This document shows, piece after piece, positions 53,777 to 63,377 of a stretch of DNA of 64,000 nt. The DNA is from an uncultured Acidobacteriota bacterium (lineage in GTDB: Bacteria > Acidobacteriota > Thermoanaerobaculia > Multivoradales > UBA5704): NCBI GenBank assembly GCA_963700145.1, contig OY969474.1, forward strand, positions 4,992,001 through 5,056,000, in the 5' to 3' direction. Below the pieces are notes generated by a model. That model was not told the origin of the DNA and did no database searches. It was given only the letters and a program-made list of their open reading frames with translations. Position numbers and translations under genes: made by a program. Position 1 is the first letter of the stretch, and each line of letters begins with the position of its first letter.

Positions 53777-55557
53777 AGCGTAGAGGCGCAGGGACGCTAA
53801 GGAGCGAAGACGTCGGCCACAAGGTCCTGCTCCAGGCCTGGGTGCAGCGCCGGCGCGACCACGGCGGGGTCATGTTCCTCGACCTCCGCGACCGCAGCGG
53901 CATCGCGCAGGTGGTCGTCAAGCCGGAGGAGCAAGCGGCGGCCGCCGCGGCCCTGGCCGACGTGCGCGCCGAATGGGTCGTGGAGATCGAGGGCCAGGTC
54001 GTCGAGCGCGCGCCGGAGAACGTCAACCCGCAGCTCCCGACCGGCGCCTTCGAGGTGCTGGCCGAGCGCGCCGCCGTGCTCGCGCAGTCCGAGCCGCTGC
54101 CCTTCGCCGTCGACGCCCGCGCCGGCACCGAGGCCGCCGAGGAGACCCGCCTCCGCCACCGCTACCTCGACCTCCGCCGCCCCGAGCTGCAGCAGAACTT
54201 CGTGCTCCGCGACCGGGTGGCGCTCGAGGTGCGCAACTACTTCCACGAGCGCGGCTTCCTCGACGTCGAGACGCCGATCCTGACGCGCTCGACGCCCGAG
54301 GGGGCGCGCGACTACCTGGTGCCGAGCCGCGTCCACCGCGGCAGCTTCTACGCCCTGCCGCAGTCGCCGCAGCTCTTCAAGCAGATCCTGCAGGTCGCCG
54401 GCTTCGAGCGCTACGTGCAGATCGCGCGCTGCTTCCGCGACGAGGACCTGCGCGCCGACCGCCAGCCGGAGTTCACGCAGATCGACCTCGAGATGTCCTT
54501 CGCCACGGAAGAGGACGTCTTCGAGCTGGTCGAGGGGCTCTTCGCGCGGGTCTTCCCGCTCGCCGGCATCACCCCGCCCGAGCGCTTTCGCCGCCTGACC
54601 TACGCCGAGGCGGTGGCGCGCTACGGCAGCGACCGCCCCGACCTGCGCTTCGAGCTGCCGATCGCCGACCTGACGACGCGGCTCGGCGAGAGCGGCTTCC
54701 GCGGCTTCCGCGAGGCGGCGGCGGCGGGCGGCGTGGTGCGCGGCTTCGCGGTGCCGGGGGCGGCGGGGGCGAGCAGGAAGGACGTGGACGGCTGGGCCGA
54801 GGCGGCGCGGCGGCGCGGCGCCGCGGGCGTCCTGACGCTGCGGCGGAAGGACGGCGAGCTGGCGTTCCAGGTCAAGGGCGCGCTCACGGAGGACGAGCTG
54901 GTCGGTGCCGCCGAGGCGCTCGGGCTCGAGGAGGGCGGGCTGGCGCTCCTCGCCGCCGGGCCGGAGCAGACCGTCGCCGCGGCGCTCGGCGCCCTCCGCC
55001 TCGACCTCGCCAGGACCTACGGCCTGGTGCCGGAGAAGCGCTACGAGTTCCTCTGGGTGACCGGCTTCCCGCTCGTCGAGTGGAACCCGGACGAGAAGCG
55101 CTGGGACTCGATGCACCACCCCTTCACCAGCCCCGACCCGGCGGACCTGCCGCTCCTCGACAGCGACCCCGGAGCGGTGCGCGCCCGCGCCTACGACGTG
55201 GTGCTCAACGGCACGGAGCTGGGCGGCGGCTCGATCCGCATCCACGACCCGCGCCTGCAGCGGCGGGTCTTCGAGCTGCTGGGCATCGGCGCGGAGGAGG
55301 CGCAGGCGCGCTTCGGGTTCTTCCTCGAGGCGTTGCGCTACGGCGCACCGCCCCACGGCGGCATCGCGCTCGGGCTCGACCGCATCGTGATGCTCCTCGC
55401 CGGCGCCACCTCCCTGCGCGAGGTCATCGCCTTCCCCAAGACGGCGCTCGCTAGCGACCTGATGACCGCGGCGCCCTCCACGGTCGACGAGCGGCAGCTC
55501 AAGGAGCTCGGGATCCAGAGCGTCCCGCCCCCAGATCCTTCGCTGCGCTCAGGATGA
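53773..55557 (+). CDS. aspS: Aspartate--tRNA ligase
   Basis: RRDHGG, TPEGARDYLVPSR, FRDEDLRADRQPEFTQ, PPHGGIALGLDR. Confidence 0.98.
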   Translation: MKRRGAGTLRSEDVGHKVLLQAWVQRRRDHGGVMFLDLRDRSGIAQVVVKPEEQAAAAAALADVRAEWVVEIEGQVVERAPENVNPQLPTGAFEVLAERAAVLAQSEPLPFAVDARAGTEAAEETRLRHRYLDLRRPELQQNFVLRDRVALEVRNYFHERGFLDVETPILTRSTPEGARDYLVPSRVHRGSFYALPQSPQLFKQILQVAGFERYVQIARCFRDEDLRADRQPEFTQIDLEMSFATEEDVFELVEGLFARVFPLAGITPPERFRRLTYAEAVARYGSDRPDLRFELPIADLTTRLGESGFRGFREAAAAGGVVRGFAVPGAAGASRKDVDGWAEAARRRGAAGVLTLRRKDGELAFQVKGALTEDELVGAAEALGLEEGGLALLAAGPEQTVAAALGALRLDLARTYGLVPEKRYEFLWVTGFPLVEWNPDEKRWDSMHHPFTSPDPADLPLLDSDPGAVRARAYDVVLNGTELGGGSIRIHDPRLQRRVFELLGIGAEEAQARFGFFLEALRYGAPPHGGIALGLDRIVMLLAGATSLREVIAFPKTALASDLMTAAPSTVDERQLKELGIQSVPPPDPSLRSG

Positions 55558-55611
55558 CGTCGGGGGGGTGTACCACCGTTCAGCTGTCATCCTGAGCGAA
55601 GCGAAGGATCT
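55533..55611. repeat. Inverted pair of the same REP-like element
   Basis: 55533-55558 (-) and 55586-55611 (+); they contain the TGA stops of aspS and the glpD-like gene. Confidence 0.92.
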
Positions 55612-57083
55612 GGGCGGGGGAGCCCTGCGGCTGCGAACTCGGCTTCCGCGAGCATCCTGAAGCCCTCCACCTGCGCTTTTCTTTCCTCCTCGCTCCACCC
55701 GAGCTTCCCCCCCAACTCCGCCGCCGCCCCCGGCGCCGCCGCGAGGCAGGCCGGCAGGTCGAGCGGCCCCGGCTCGCGCCGCCGCAGCAGCAGGTCGTCG
55801 AGCGCCAGCGCCCAGTCGTCGTCCGCCTCCGGCGCCGCGAGCGGCAGTCGGTCCGTCACGCACGGCCCCGGCGCCCGCTCCAGCCGCGGGCCGATCTCCC
55901 GCAGCACGGCGTCCACGCAGTCCTCGGCCATGCGCCGGTGGCTGGTCAGCTTGCCGCCGGCGAGGACCCACACCCCCGGCGCCGCCCGCGCCACGACGTG
56001 CTTGCGCGACACGGCGCTGGGATGGACCCGCCCGTCGCGCGAGCGCTTCGCCACCAGCGGGCGAAGCCCCGCCCAGACACCGGTCACGTCGGCCGCGGCA
56101 AGGCCCTGCTCGGGGAACGCGTGATTGGCCATGCGCAGCAGGTAGTCGACATCGTTCCGGGTAGGGAGCACCGCTTCCGGCGGCGTGGTGTCGTCGTCGT
56201 CGGTGGTTCCGACGATCGTGTGCGCGCCCGCCGGCATGGCGAAGGCGAGCCGGCCGTCGTCGGGCGAGCGGAGCGCGACGTGGCAGGGCACGGGAAGACA
56301 GTTGCGGGGTAGAGCGACATGGGTGCCGCGCGTGGGCCGGAGGCGGACCGGCGTTCCGTCCAGCAGCTCGCGCCAGGGCCCGCAGCAGAGGACGATCGCG
56401 CGCGCCCCGACTCCGAAGCGGCGCCCGCCGATCGTGTCCTCCACCTCCAGCTCGCCGCTCCTTACCCGATCCCCGCCGCAGCGCGTCACCACCACCGCCC
56501 CGGCCGCCGCCGCGGAGCGCGCCAGCGCCACGACCAGCCGCGCGTCGTGGCACGCCGCGTCCTGGTAGACGGCGGCGCCGCGCAGCCCCGCGCGCCGCAG
56601 CCCGGGCGTCAGCGCGATCGCCTCCGCCGCGGAGAGCCGCCGGTGGCGCCCCAGCGAGTGCCCAGCCGCCAGGAGGTCGTAGAGATGGAGCCCCAGGCCC
56701 AGCCGCCAGAGCGGGTCGGGATCGCCCGTGTAGACCGGGTAGAGGAACTGGACCGGCCGCACCAGCTCCGGCGCCGTCGCCAGGAGCCGCCCGCGCTCCA
56801 CCAGCCCCTCGCGCACCAGCGCCAGGTCGCCGTGCGCCAGGTAGCGCAGGCCGCCATGGATCAGGCGCGACGAGCGGCTGGAGGCGCCGAAGGCGAGGTC
56901 GTGCCGCTCGACCAGCGCCACCCCGAGGCCGCGCAGCGCGGCGTCGCGCGCCACCGCCGCCCCGGAGGCGCCGCCGCCGACGACCAGGAGGTCCCAGCGC
57001 CGCCCGGCGAGCGCCGCGAGGTCGGCCTCGCGGGCGGGCGTCGAGCGGGGTGGCGCCAGCGGCGGCGGGGGAGAGTGCGGCAT
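55587..57083 (-). CDS. glpD: FAD-dependent glycerol-3-phosphate dehydrogenase family
   Basis: VVGGGASG, SSRSSRLIHGGLRYL, GTTD, AGLRPL, GGKLT. Confidence 0.88.
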   Translation of the reverse strand: MPHSPPPPLAPPRSTPAREADLAALAGRRWDLLVVGGGASGAAVARDAALRGLGVALVERHDLAFGASSRSSRLIHGGLRYLAHGDLALVREGLVERGRLLATAPELVRPVQFLYPVYTGDPDPLWRLGLGLHLYDLLAAGHSLGRHRRLSAAEAIALTPGLRRAGLRGAAVYQDAACHDARLVVALARSAAAAGAVVVTRCGGDRVRSGELEVEDTIGGRRFGVGARAIVLCCGPWRELLDGTPVRLRPTRGTHVALPRNCLPVPCHVALRSPDDGRLAFAMPAGAHTIVGTTDDDDTTPPEAVLPTRNDVDYLLRMANHAFPEQGLAAADVTGVWAGLRPLVAKRSRDGRVHPSAVSRKHVVARAAPGVWVLAGGKLTSHRRMAEDCVDAVLREIGPRLERAPGPCVTDRLPLAAPEADDDWALALDDLLLRRREPGPLDLPACLAAAPGAAAELGGKLGWSEEERKAQVEGFRMLAEAEFAAAGLPRPDPSLRSG

Positions 57084-57128
57084 CCGGATTGCAGCGCTTT
57101 CGCTCTCAGGAGGGGGAGAAAGGCCGCA

Positions 57129-57530
57129 ATGTATCCGCTCGAGGCCTCGCTCTCCTACACGCTGCCCGTGATCGCCCCCCAATCCGCTCCACCGGAACCC
57201 CCGGCCTTCGAGGAGGGGGACACGGTGATCGTCGGCCCCGAAGGGGTCCGCTTCGTCGCGCGCTCGGCGCCCGACGAGGGGCGGCCCGCCGGCGCCATCG
57301 CCCGCCAAAACGGCCGGAACGGCAAGCCGCTCGAGCTCCAGTGCCTCTACTGCGGCGGCCTGCTCCGCCGCGGTCAGGCGCCGGTGCGCGTCGTCCGCGA
57401 GGGCTACCGGCTGGAGTGCTCGCTCCCCGCCTGGGTCTGCAAGCGCTGCGACGAGCCCTACTTCGAGCCGCCCGAGGTGGCGCGCGTGCGGGAAGCCCTG
57501 CGCTTCGTCCGCCGCCGCGCCCGAACCTGA
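57129..57530 (+). CDS. YgiT-type zinc finger protein
   Basis: CLYCGG...[13 protein letters not shown]; ATG 57129. Confidence 0.7.
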   Translation: MYPLEASLSYTLPVIAPQSAPPEPPAFEEGDTVIVGPEGVRFVARSAPDEGRPAGAIARQNGRNGKPLELQCLYCGGLLRRGQAPVRVVREGYRLECSLPAWVCKRCDEPYFEPPEVARVREALRFVRRRART

Positions 57531-57534
57531 CCGC

Positions 57535-59355
57535 TTGCCCCTCCACGACGATCTAGCGGAGCCCGTCACCGGGCTCCGCAACCTCGCGATCATCGCCCAC
57601 GTCGACCACGGGAAGACCACCCTGGTCGACGCGATGCTCTGGCAGAGCGGCGTCTTCCGCGCCAACGAGTCGGTTGCCGAGCGGGTCATGGACTCGATCG
57701 ACCTCGAGCGCGAGAAGGGGATCACGATCATGGCCAAGAACACGGCCGTGATCTACCACGGCACCCGCATCAACATCGTCGACACGCCGGGGCACGCCGA
57801 CTTCGGCGGCGAGGTGGAGCGGACGCTCAAGATGGTGGACGGCGTCCTGCTCCTGGTCGACGCCAGCGAGGGGCCGCTGCCGCAGACCCGCTTCGTGCTG
57901 CGCAAGGCGCTGGAGGCGCGGCTGGCGCCGATCGTGGTGATCAACAAGATCGACCGCCCCGACGCCCGTCCGGCCGAGGTGCTCGACGAGATCTACGACC
58001 TCTTCATCGACCTCGACGCCGCCGAGGAGCTGCTCGACTTCCCGGTGCTCTACGCCAACGCCCGCGCCGGCACCTGCCGCCGCACGCCGGACGGCCCGGA
58101 CGAGCTCTTGGTGCCGCTCTTCGAGGAGATCCTGCGCACCGTGCCGCCGCCGCGCTTCGACCCGGCGGCGCCGCTGCAGATGCTGGTCACCACCCTCGAC
58201 TACGACGACTACGTCGGGCGGCTGGCGATCGGGCGGATGGTCAACGGCCGCCTCCGCCGCGGCCAGCCGATCGTCCTCTGCCGGCTGGACGGCACGACCG
58301 CCGCCGCCAAGGCGGCGATCCTCTACGGCTGGGACGGGCTCACGCGCGTCGAGATCGAGGAGGCCGGACCGGGCGACATCCTCGCCCTCGCCGGCCTGGC
58401 CGAGGTGTCGATCGGCGAGACCGTGGCCGATCCCGAGGACCCGCGGCCGCTGCCGACGATCCAGGTCGACGAGCCGACGATCGCCATGGTCTTCTCGGCC
58501 AACGACTCGCCGTTCTCGGGGCGCGACGGCAGGCACGTCACTTCGCGCAAGCTAAGGGAGCGGCTGGACAAGGAGACCCTGACCAACGTCTCCATCCGCG
58601 TCGAGCCCACCGGCTCGCCCGACGCCTTCCAGGTCTCCGGCCGCGGCGAGCTGCAGCTCGCGATCCTCATCGAGATGATGCGGCGCGAGGGCTACGAGCT
58701 GGCGGTGGGGAAGCCCGAGGCGCTCACCCGCCGCGTGGACGGCAAGCTCCTCGAGCCGATGGAGATGCTGACCGTCGACTGCCCGGAGGAGTTCATCGGC
58801 GCCGTCACCCAGCAGATGGGGGGGCGGCGCGGGCGGATGATGAAGATGGTCAACCACGGCTCGGGCCGCGTGCGCATGGAGTTCCGCGTCCCTTCGCGCG
58901 GCCTGATCGGCTTCCGCGGCGAGCTCCTCACCGACACCAAGGGCACCGGCATCATGAACCACCTCTTCGACGGCTGGGAGGAGTGGCAGGGGGAGATCGC
59001 CGGCCGCGAGACCGGCGCCCTGGTCGCCGACCGCGCCGGCCGCACCACCGCCTACGCCATCGAGCACCTGCAGCCGCGCGGCACGCTCTTCGTGGCACCG
59101 GGCGACGAGGTCTACGCCGGCATGGTCGTCGGCGAGCACAACCGCGAGAACGACCTCGACGTCAACATCGTGCGCGAGAAGAAGCTCACCAACATGCGCG
59201 CCTCGGGATCCGAGGAGCTGGTGCGGCTGGTGCCGCCGCGGCTCTTCAATCTGGAGCAGGCGCTCGAGTTCCTGCGCGACGACGAGCTGGTCGAAGCCAC
59301 GCCCGGCAGCCTCCGCCTGCGCAAGCGGGCATTGGCTGCAAACCTGCGCAAATAG
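57535..59355 (+). CDS. typA: Translational GTPase TypA/BipA
   Basis: [31 protein letters not shown]. Confidence 0.97.
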   Translation: MPLHDDLAEPVTGLRNLAIIAHVDHGKTTLVDAMLWQSGVFRANESVAERVMDSIDLEREKGITIMAKNTAVIYHGTRINIVDTPGHADFGGEVERTLKMVDGVLLLVDASEGPLPQTRFVLRKALEARLAPIVVINKIDRPDARPAEVLDEIYDLFIDLDAAEELLDFPVLYANARAGTCRRTPDGPDELLVPLFEEILRTVPPPRFDPAAPLQMLVTTLDYDDYVGRLAIGRMVNGRLRRGQPIVLCRLDGTTAAAKAAILYGWDGLTRVEIEEAGPGDILALAGLAEVSIGETVADPEDPRPLPTIQVDEPTIAMVFSANDSPFSGRDGRHVTSRKLRERLDKETLTNVSIRVEPTGSPDAFQVSGRGELQLAILIEMMRREGYELAVGKPEALTRRVDGKLLEPMEMLTVDCPEEFIGAVTQQMGGRRGRMMKMVNHGSGRVRMEFRVPSRGLIGFRGELLTDTKGTGIMNHLFDGWEEWQGEIAGRETGALVADRAGRTTAYAIEHLQPRGTLFVAPGDEVYAGMVVGEHNRENDLDVNIVREKKLTNMRASGSEELVRLVPPRLFNLEQALEFLRDDELVEATPGSLRLRKRALAANLRK

Positions 59356-59371
59356 CTTTAACCCCACAAAC

Positions 59372-59387
59372 TGGCCTGGGGCTTGCA
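59372..59387 (+). promoter_or_regulatory. Sigma54-like -24/-12 promoter
   Basis: TGGCCT-GGGGC-TTGCA, GG-N10-GC. Confidence 0.5.
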
Positions 59388-59513
59388 GAAATGGCCCTTC
59401 CGCCGGCGGCGCGGCCGCTCGTACGACCCCATCGCGGGGTCACCGCGCATCCGGCCCAACGGCGGGAGGGTGTGCTTCCCTCCCTGGACGAAGCGACTTC
59501 GGAGGTTTGTGTC

Positions 59514-60071
59514 ATGAGAAAGCACCTGTGGCTCTTCGCGCTCGTCGCGCTGCTCGCCGCGAGCCCCGCTGCGGCGGACAACAGCTTCGGTCTGTTCGGG
59601 ACCTTCTACGACACCGAGGACGTGGACTCTTCGGCGGGCGGCGGCATCCGCACCCGCCTGGGCTGGTTCGACCTGCGCGCCTCGTTCCTGAACGACCTCA
59701 CCCGCGACACCTCGCCCGAGCGGCTGGACTTCGAGCTCCAGGCCGTGCCGCTCGAGGCCGGCGTGGCGTTCAGCTTCATGGAGAACGGCTCCTGGTCGCC
59801 CTACGCGGGCGGCGGCTTCTCGTACATGATGCTCGACAGCGACGAGGTCGAGATCGACGACGAGGCCGGCTTCTATGCCGTGCTGGGCAGCGACTTCGGC
59901 ATGCGCGACAACCTCAACTTCATGGTCGAGGCGATCTACCGCAACATGGAGGCGACGGTGGACCGCGACCCGCGGAACCTGAGCGGGGTCGACGACATCA
60001 CCCTCGAGGAGGAGTCGACGGTCGAGCTGGGCGGCCTCGGCGTCAACGCCGGGCTCTCCTGGCGGTTCTAG
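59514..60071 (+). CDS. Small outer-membrane beta-barrel protein
   Basis: Signal peptide, SPYAGGG, amphipathic strands, terminal WRF; GGAGG RBS. Confidence 0.85.
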   Translation: MRKHLWLFALVALLAASPAAADNSFGLFGTFYDTEDVDSSAGGGIRTRLGWFDLRASFLNDLTRDTSPERLDFELQAVPLEAGVAFSFMENGSWSPYAGGGFSYMMLDSDEVEIDDEAGFYAVLGSDFGMRDNLNFMVEAIYRNMEATVDRDPRNLSGVDDITLEEESTVELGGLGVNAGLSWRF

Positions 60072-60089
60072 TCTCCCCCCTCGACACCC

Positions 60090-60125
60090 GTAGCGCCCGG
60101 CCTACGTGCCGGGCGTTTTTCTTTT
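60090..60125 (+). repeat. GTAG-type REP copy 4 plus T-tract (terminator-like)
   Basis: GTAGCGCCCGGCCTACGTGCCGGGCG-TTTTTCTTTT between convergent genes. Confidence 0.9.
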
Positions 60126-61716
60126 AATCGTAGATCCCGTCGGCGAACCAGTCGCCGCTCCGCCGGTCGCGGAAGATGCGCACCATCCCCCCTTCGCCCA
60201 GCTCGACGTCCCAGTAGTCGCGCTCGACCGGCGTCTCCCCCCACCAGCCGTCCTCCAGCCCCCAGGGCCCGGCGGCCGCGCGCACGCTGCCCTGGAGCTT
60301 CGGCCGCGCCGCGCCGCCGTTCGACACGACCGGCCGGATCTCGCGCGGGCGGAGGAGGGCGGCGGAGATCGCGCCGTCTCTATCGGATGCCGCCTCGCCG
60401 GCGGCGGAATCCTCGGTGATCACCTCCAGCTCGACCGGCGGCCGCAGCACCCGCACCGCCAGGAGACCGCGCCCCTGCGGCGGCTCGCGCCGCACCTCGG
60501 GGGGCGGCGGCGGCGCGTAGCCGACCAAAGCGCAGCGCTCGGGGAGATGGCCGTCCACCGGCTCGGGCGAGCCGACCCGGCCCGGGCCGAGGAGGGCGAA
60601 GAGCCGTCCCAGCGTCGTCGCCAGCTTGTCCGGCGAGAGCGCCGCCGGGCCGAAGAGGGAGAGCTGCGCCTCGCGCGGCCGGTCGGGGAGGGCGAGGAAG
60701 CCGAAGCCGACGACCGCCGCGCCCGGCGGCCGGGCCTCCAGCTCCAGGCGGACGAGCGTCAGCAGCGTCTTGGGGTCGCGCGTCGGCGCCGGCAGGTCGA
60801 GCGAGCGCTCGTGCCAGCCGTCGGGATCGAGGTGGAGCGCCACGGTCAGGCGGATGCAGGCCAGGCCGCGCACCTCCAGCCGCCGGCAGAGCCGCTCGAG
60901 CGCCGCCCGCCCGAGGAAGAGGAAGGGCTCGAGCGAGACAAGCGGCCACTCGAGGGTCATCCGCTCCTCGAAGGCCGGCGGCGGCTCGCGCGGAGTGAGC
61001 GGCCGCGGATCGACGCCCAGCGCCGTCGCGTGGAGGTCGCGTCCGGCGCGCCCCAGGCGGCTCGCCACCCGCGCGCCGGGGAGGCGGGCGAAGTCGCCGA
61101 TCGAGCGCAGCCCCCAGCGCTCCAGGGTGGCGGCGATCTCGGCCTCCGGGCTGAGGCGGGCGAGCGGCAGCGGCGCCAGGAAGGCGGCCTCCTCGCCGGC
61201 GGGGACGACGGTGGGGGAGCCGGGCAGGCCGGCGGCGATCCGCGCCGCCAGCTTGCTGCCGGCGATGCCGACGCGGGCCGGCAGGCCGACCGCCTGGGCG
61301 GCGGCGGCGAGCGCCCGGCCCAGCGCCTCCTCGCCGGCGCGCCCGGCGCCGAAGCGGCGCTCCAGTCCCATGAGGTCGACGTAGGCCACACCGTCGCCGG
61401 CGTCCTCGATGCGCGGCGAGAAGCGCTCGGCGGCCTCGAGCAGCGCCTCCTGCGCCGAGCGCTCGAGCTCCTCGTCGCGCGGCCGCGGCACCAGGTTGGG
61501 GCAGAGGGCGCGCGCCTGCGGCAGGGTCTGCCCGGGCACGATGCCGGCGTCGCGCGCCGAGCGGGTGGCGGCGGTCACCTCCGCGACCTGGCCGTTCCCC
61601 TCGACCACCACCAGCGCCTCGCGCGCCAGCCCCGGCTCGCTGCGCAGCCGCGCCGCGAGCGGAAAGAGCGGCACCGCGAGGCAGGCAAGGCGCGGCGGCG
61701 GGGCGTCGGGCTCCAT
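60124..61716 (-). CDS. imuB: ImuB (inactive Y-family polymerase-like)
   Basis: A...GI.PGQTL.QARALCP, SP.IE, KLAARIAA, C-terminal GWW...RDYW...DGIYD. Confidence 0.88.
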   Translation of the reverse strand: MEPDAPPPRLACLAVPLFPLAARLRSEPGLAREALVVVEGNGQVAEVTAATRSARDAGIVPGQTLPQARALCPNLVPRPRDEELERSAQEALLEAAERFSPRIEDAGDGVAYVDLMGLERRFGAGRAGEEALGRALAAAAQAVGLPARVGIAGSKLAARIAAGLPGSPTVVPAGEEAAFLAPLPLARLSPEAEIAATLERWGLRSIGDFARLPGARVASRLGRAGRDLHATALGVDPRPLTPREPPPAFEERMTLEWPLVSLEPFLFLGRAALERLCRRLEVRGLACIRLTVALHLDPDGWHERSLDLPAPTRDPKTLLTLVRLELEARPPGAAVVGFGFLALPDRPREAQLSLFGPAALSPDKLATTLGRLFALLGPGRVGSPEPVDGHLPERCALVGYAPPPPPEVRREPPQGRGLLAVRVLRPPVELEVITEDSAAGEAASDRDGAISAALLRPREIRPVVSNGGAARPKLQGSVRAAAGPWGLEDGWWGETPVERDYWDVELGEGGMVRIFRDRRSGDWFADGIYD

Positions 61717-61719
61717 CGC

Positions 61720-62550
61720 CTACCTCCGCCCGCCCATCGCCGCACGGCGCCGCTCGCCGATGACGTCGCGCTCGTCATCCTGAGCGAAGCGAAGGATCTG
61801 GGCGGGGGGGGCTGCCATCTTCGCGTTAGCGATCGACTCGATCGCCTCGCCCACCCGCAACCCGATCCTCTCCCGCCGCCCCGCCGGGTTCGTCCCGCGC
61901 AGCTTCTCGAGCGCCGCCTCGCCGGCGACGCCGCCGAGGAGCGCCGTCGCCCCTGCGCCGCGCCAGACGCCGCGCCCGCGCTCCAGGCGCAGGACGGCGG
62001 CGGCCGCCGTGCCGCTCACCCGGTAGGGCGTGGAGACCAGGAGCGTCCCGCCGTGCGTCTCGGCGGCGCGCGCCAGCCGCACCCAGAAGGGCTCGGCGCC
62101 GCGGCCGCCGCGCAGCGGCGGCACGCCCAGGTCGAGCGCCACCAGCGCGAAGCCGCCGGTCACCGCCATCTCGGCCGCCGCCAGCGCGTCGGCGGTGCGC
62201 TCCGGGCGCAGCCAGAGGAGACGCGGCAGCTCCACGCCGGCCGCCGCCGCGGCCTGCGGATCGAGCTGGTCGCCGAGGTCGACGAGCGCCGCCGCCTCGC
62301 CGGCCGCGGTGGCGGCGGCGAGGGTGGCGAGGAGGAGCGAGAAGCGCCCGCCGCTCCTGCCGCCGAGGAGCTCGACCAGCCGCCCGCGCGGCAACCCGCC
62401 GCCGAGCAGGCGGTCGAGCGCCGGCACCGCGGTCGGCAGCGGCGACGCCTCCCCGGCCTCCCGCCGCGCCTGCACCAGCTCCGCCGCGCTGCGCAGCGCC
62501 CCGCGCGGGAAATCGACCAGGCTCAGCGGTTTCCGCAGCGGCTCGCTCAT
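61720..62550 (-). CDS. imuA: ImuA (RecA-like)
   Basis: LDRLLGGGLPRGRLVEL, degenerate Walker A, LDPQAAAAAGV.LPRLLW; directly upstream of imuB. Confidence 0.85.
   Translation of the reverse strand: MSEPLRKPLSLVDFPRGALRSAAELVQARREAGEASPLPTAVPALDRLLGGGLPRGRLVELLGGRSGGRFSLLLATLAAATAAGEAAALVDLGDQLDPQAAAAAGVELPRLLWLRPERTADALAAAEMAVTGGFALVALDLGVPPLRGGRGAEPFWVRLARAAETHGGTLLVSTPYRVSGTAAAAVLRLERGRGVWRGAGATALLGGVAGEAALEKLRGTNPAGRRERIGLRVGEAIESIANAKMAAPPAQILRFAQDDERDVIGERRRAAMGGRR
61774..61799 (+). repeat. Fifth GTCATCCTGAGCGAAGCGAAGGATCT copy, inside the imuA 3' end
   Basis: Exact match to the copies at 53721 and 55586. Confidence 0.92.
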
Positions 62551-62566
62551 CGCTCCTCCCGCGATC

Positions 62567-62596
62567 AAGATAGGGCGGTGAAGAAGCGTAAGTCAA
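62567..62596 (-). promoter_or_regulatory. Sigma70-like promoter of imuA-imuB
   Basis: TTGACT-N18-TATCTT, then GGAGGAG RBS. Confidence 0.55.
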
Positions 62597-62695
62597 TGCC
62601 GGAGAAACGCGACTAACTTGCTGACTCCCAAGCTTTTCTACGGGAAACGGGAACAAGTGCGGGCGGAGCGCAACCGCCGCTACAATCCCGCTTCC

Positions 62696-63328
62696 ATGAA
62701 CCTCGCCGACCTGCGCCGCGAGTTCGAGGGCCACGGCCTCGAGGCCGGCGACCTCGCGGCCGACCCGGTCGAGCAGTTCCGCGTCTGGTTCGAGCAGGCG
62801 GCGGCGGCCGGGGTGCCCGACGTCACGGCGATGACCCTGGCGACCGCCGACGCCCGCGGGCGTCCTTCGGCGCGCGTCGTCCTGCTCAAGGGCTACGACG
62901 CGCGCGGCTTCGTCTTCTTCACCAACTACGAGAGCCGCAAGGCGCGCGAGCTGGCCGAAAACCCCGAGGCCGCGCTGGTCTTCTACTGGGGGCCGCTCAA
63001 CCGGCAGGTGCGGATCGCCGGCGGCGCCGAGCGCACGACGCGCGCGGAGTCGGAGGCCTACTTCGCCACGCGCCCGCTCGGCGCCCGCCTCGGCGCCTGG
63101 GTCTCGCGGCAGAGCCGGCCGCTCGCCGGCCGCGAGGAGCTGGAGCGCGAGTTCCTGGCCCTCGCCGAGAAGCTCGGCGACGAGGTGCCGCTCCCGGACT
63201 GGTGGGGCGGGTTCCGCGTGACGCCGCGCGAGGTCGAGTTCTGGCAGGGCCGCCCCAGCCGCCTCCACGACCGCTTCCTCTACCGCCGCGCCGGCGACGG
63301 CTGGACGATCGACCGGCTGGCGCCCTGA
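62696..63328 (+). CDS. pdxH: Pyridoxamine 5'-phosphate oxidase
   Basis: [35 protein letters not shown]. Confidence 0.97.
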   Translation: MNLADLRREFEGHGLEAGDLAADPVEQFRVWFEQAAAAGVPDVTAMTLATADARGRPSARVVLLKGYDARGFVFFTNYESRKARELAENPEAALVFYWGPLNRQVRIAGGAERTTRAESEAYFATRPLGARLGAWVSRQSRPLAGREELEREFLALAEKLGDEVPLPDWWGGFRVTPREVEFWQGRPSRLHDRFLYRRAGDGWTIDRLAP

Positions 63329-63377
63329 CCGCCCGCCGGCGACGGGTCTCGGAGCGCGGCGAGGGATGCGGAGGCCG

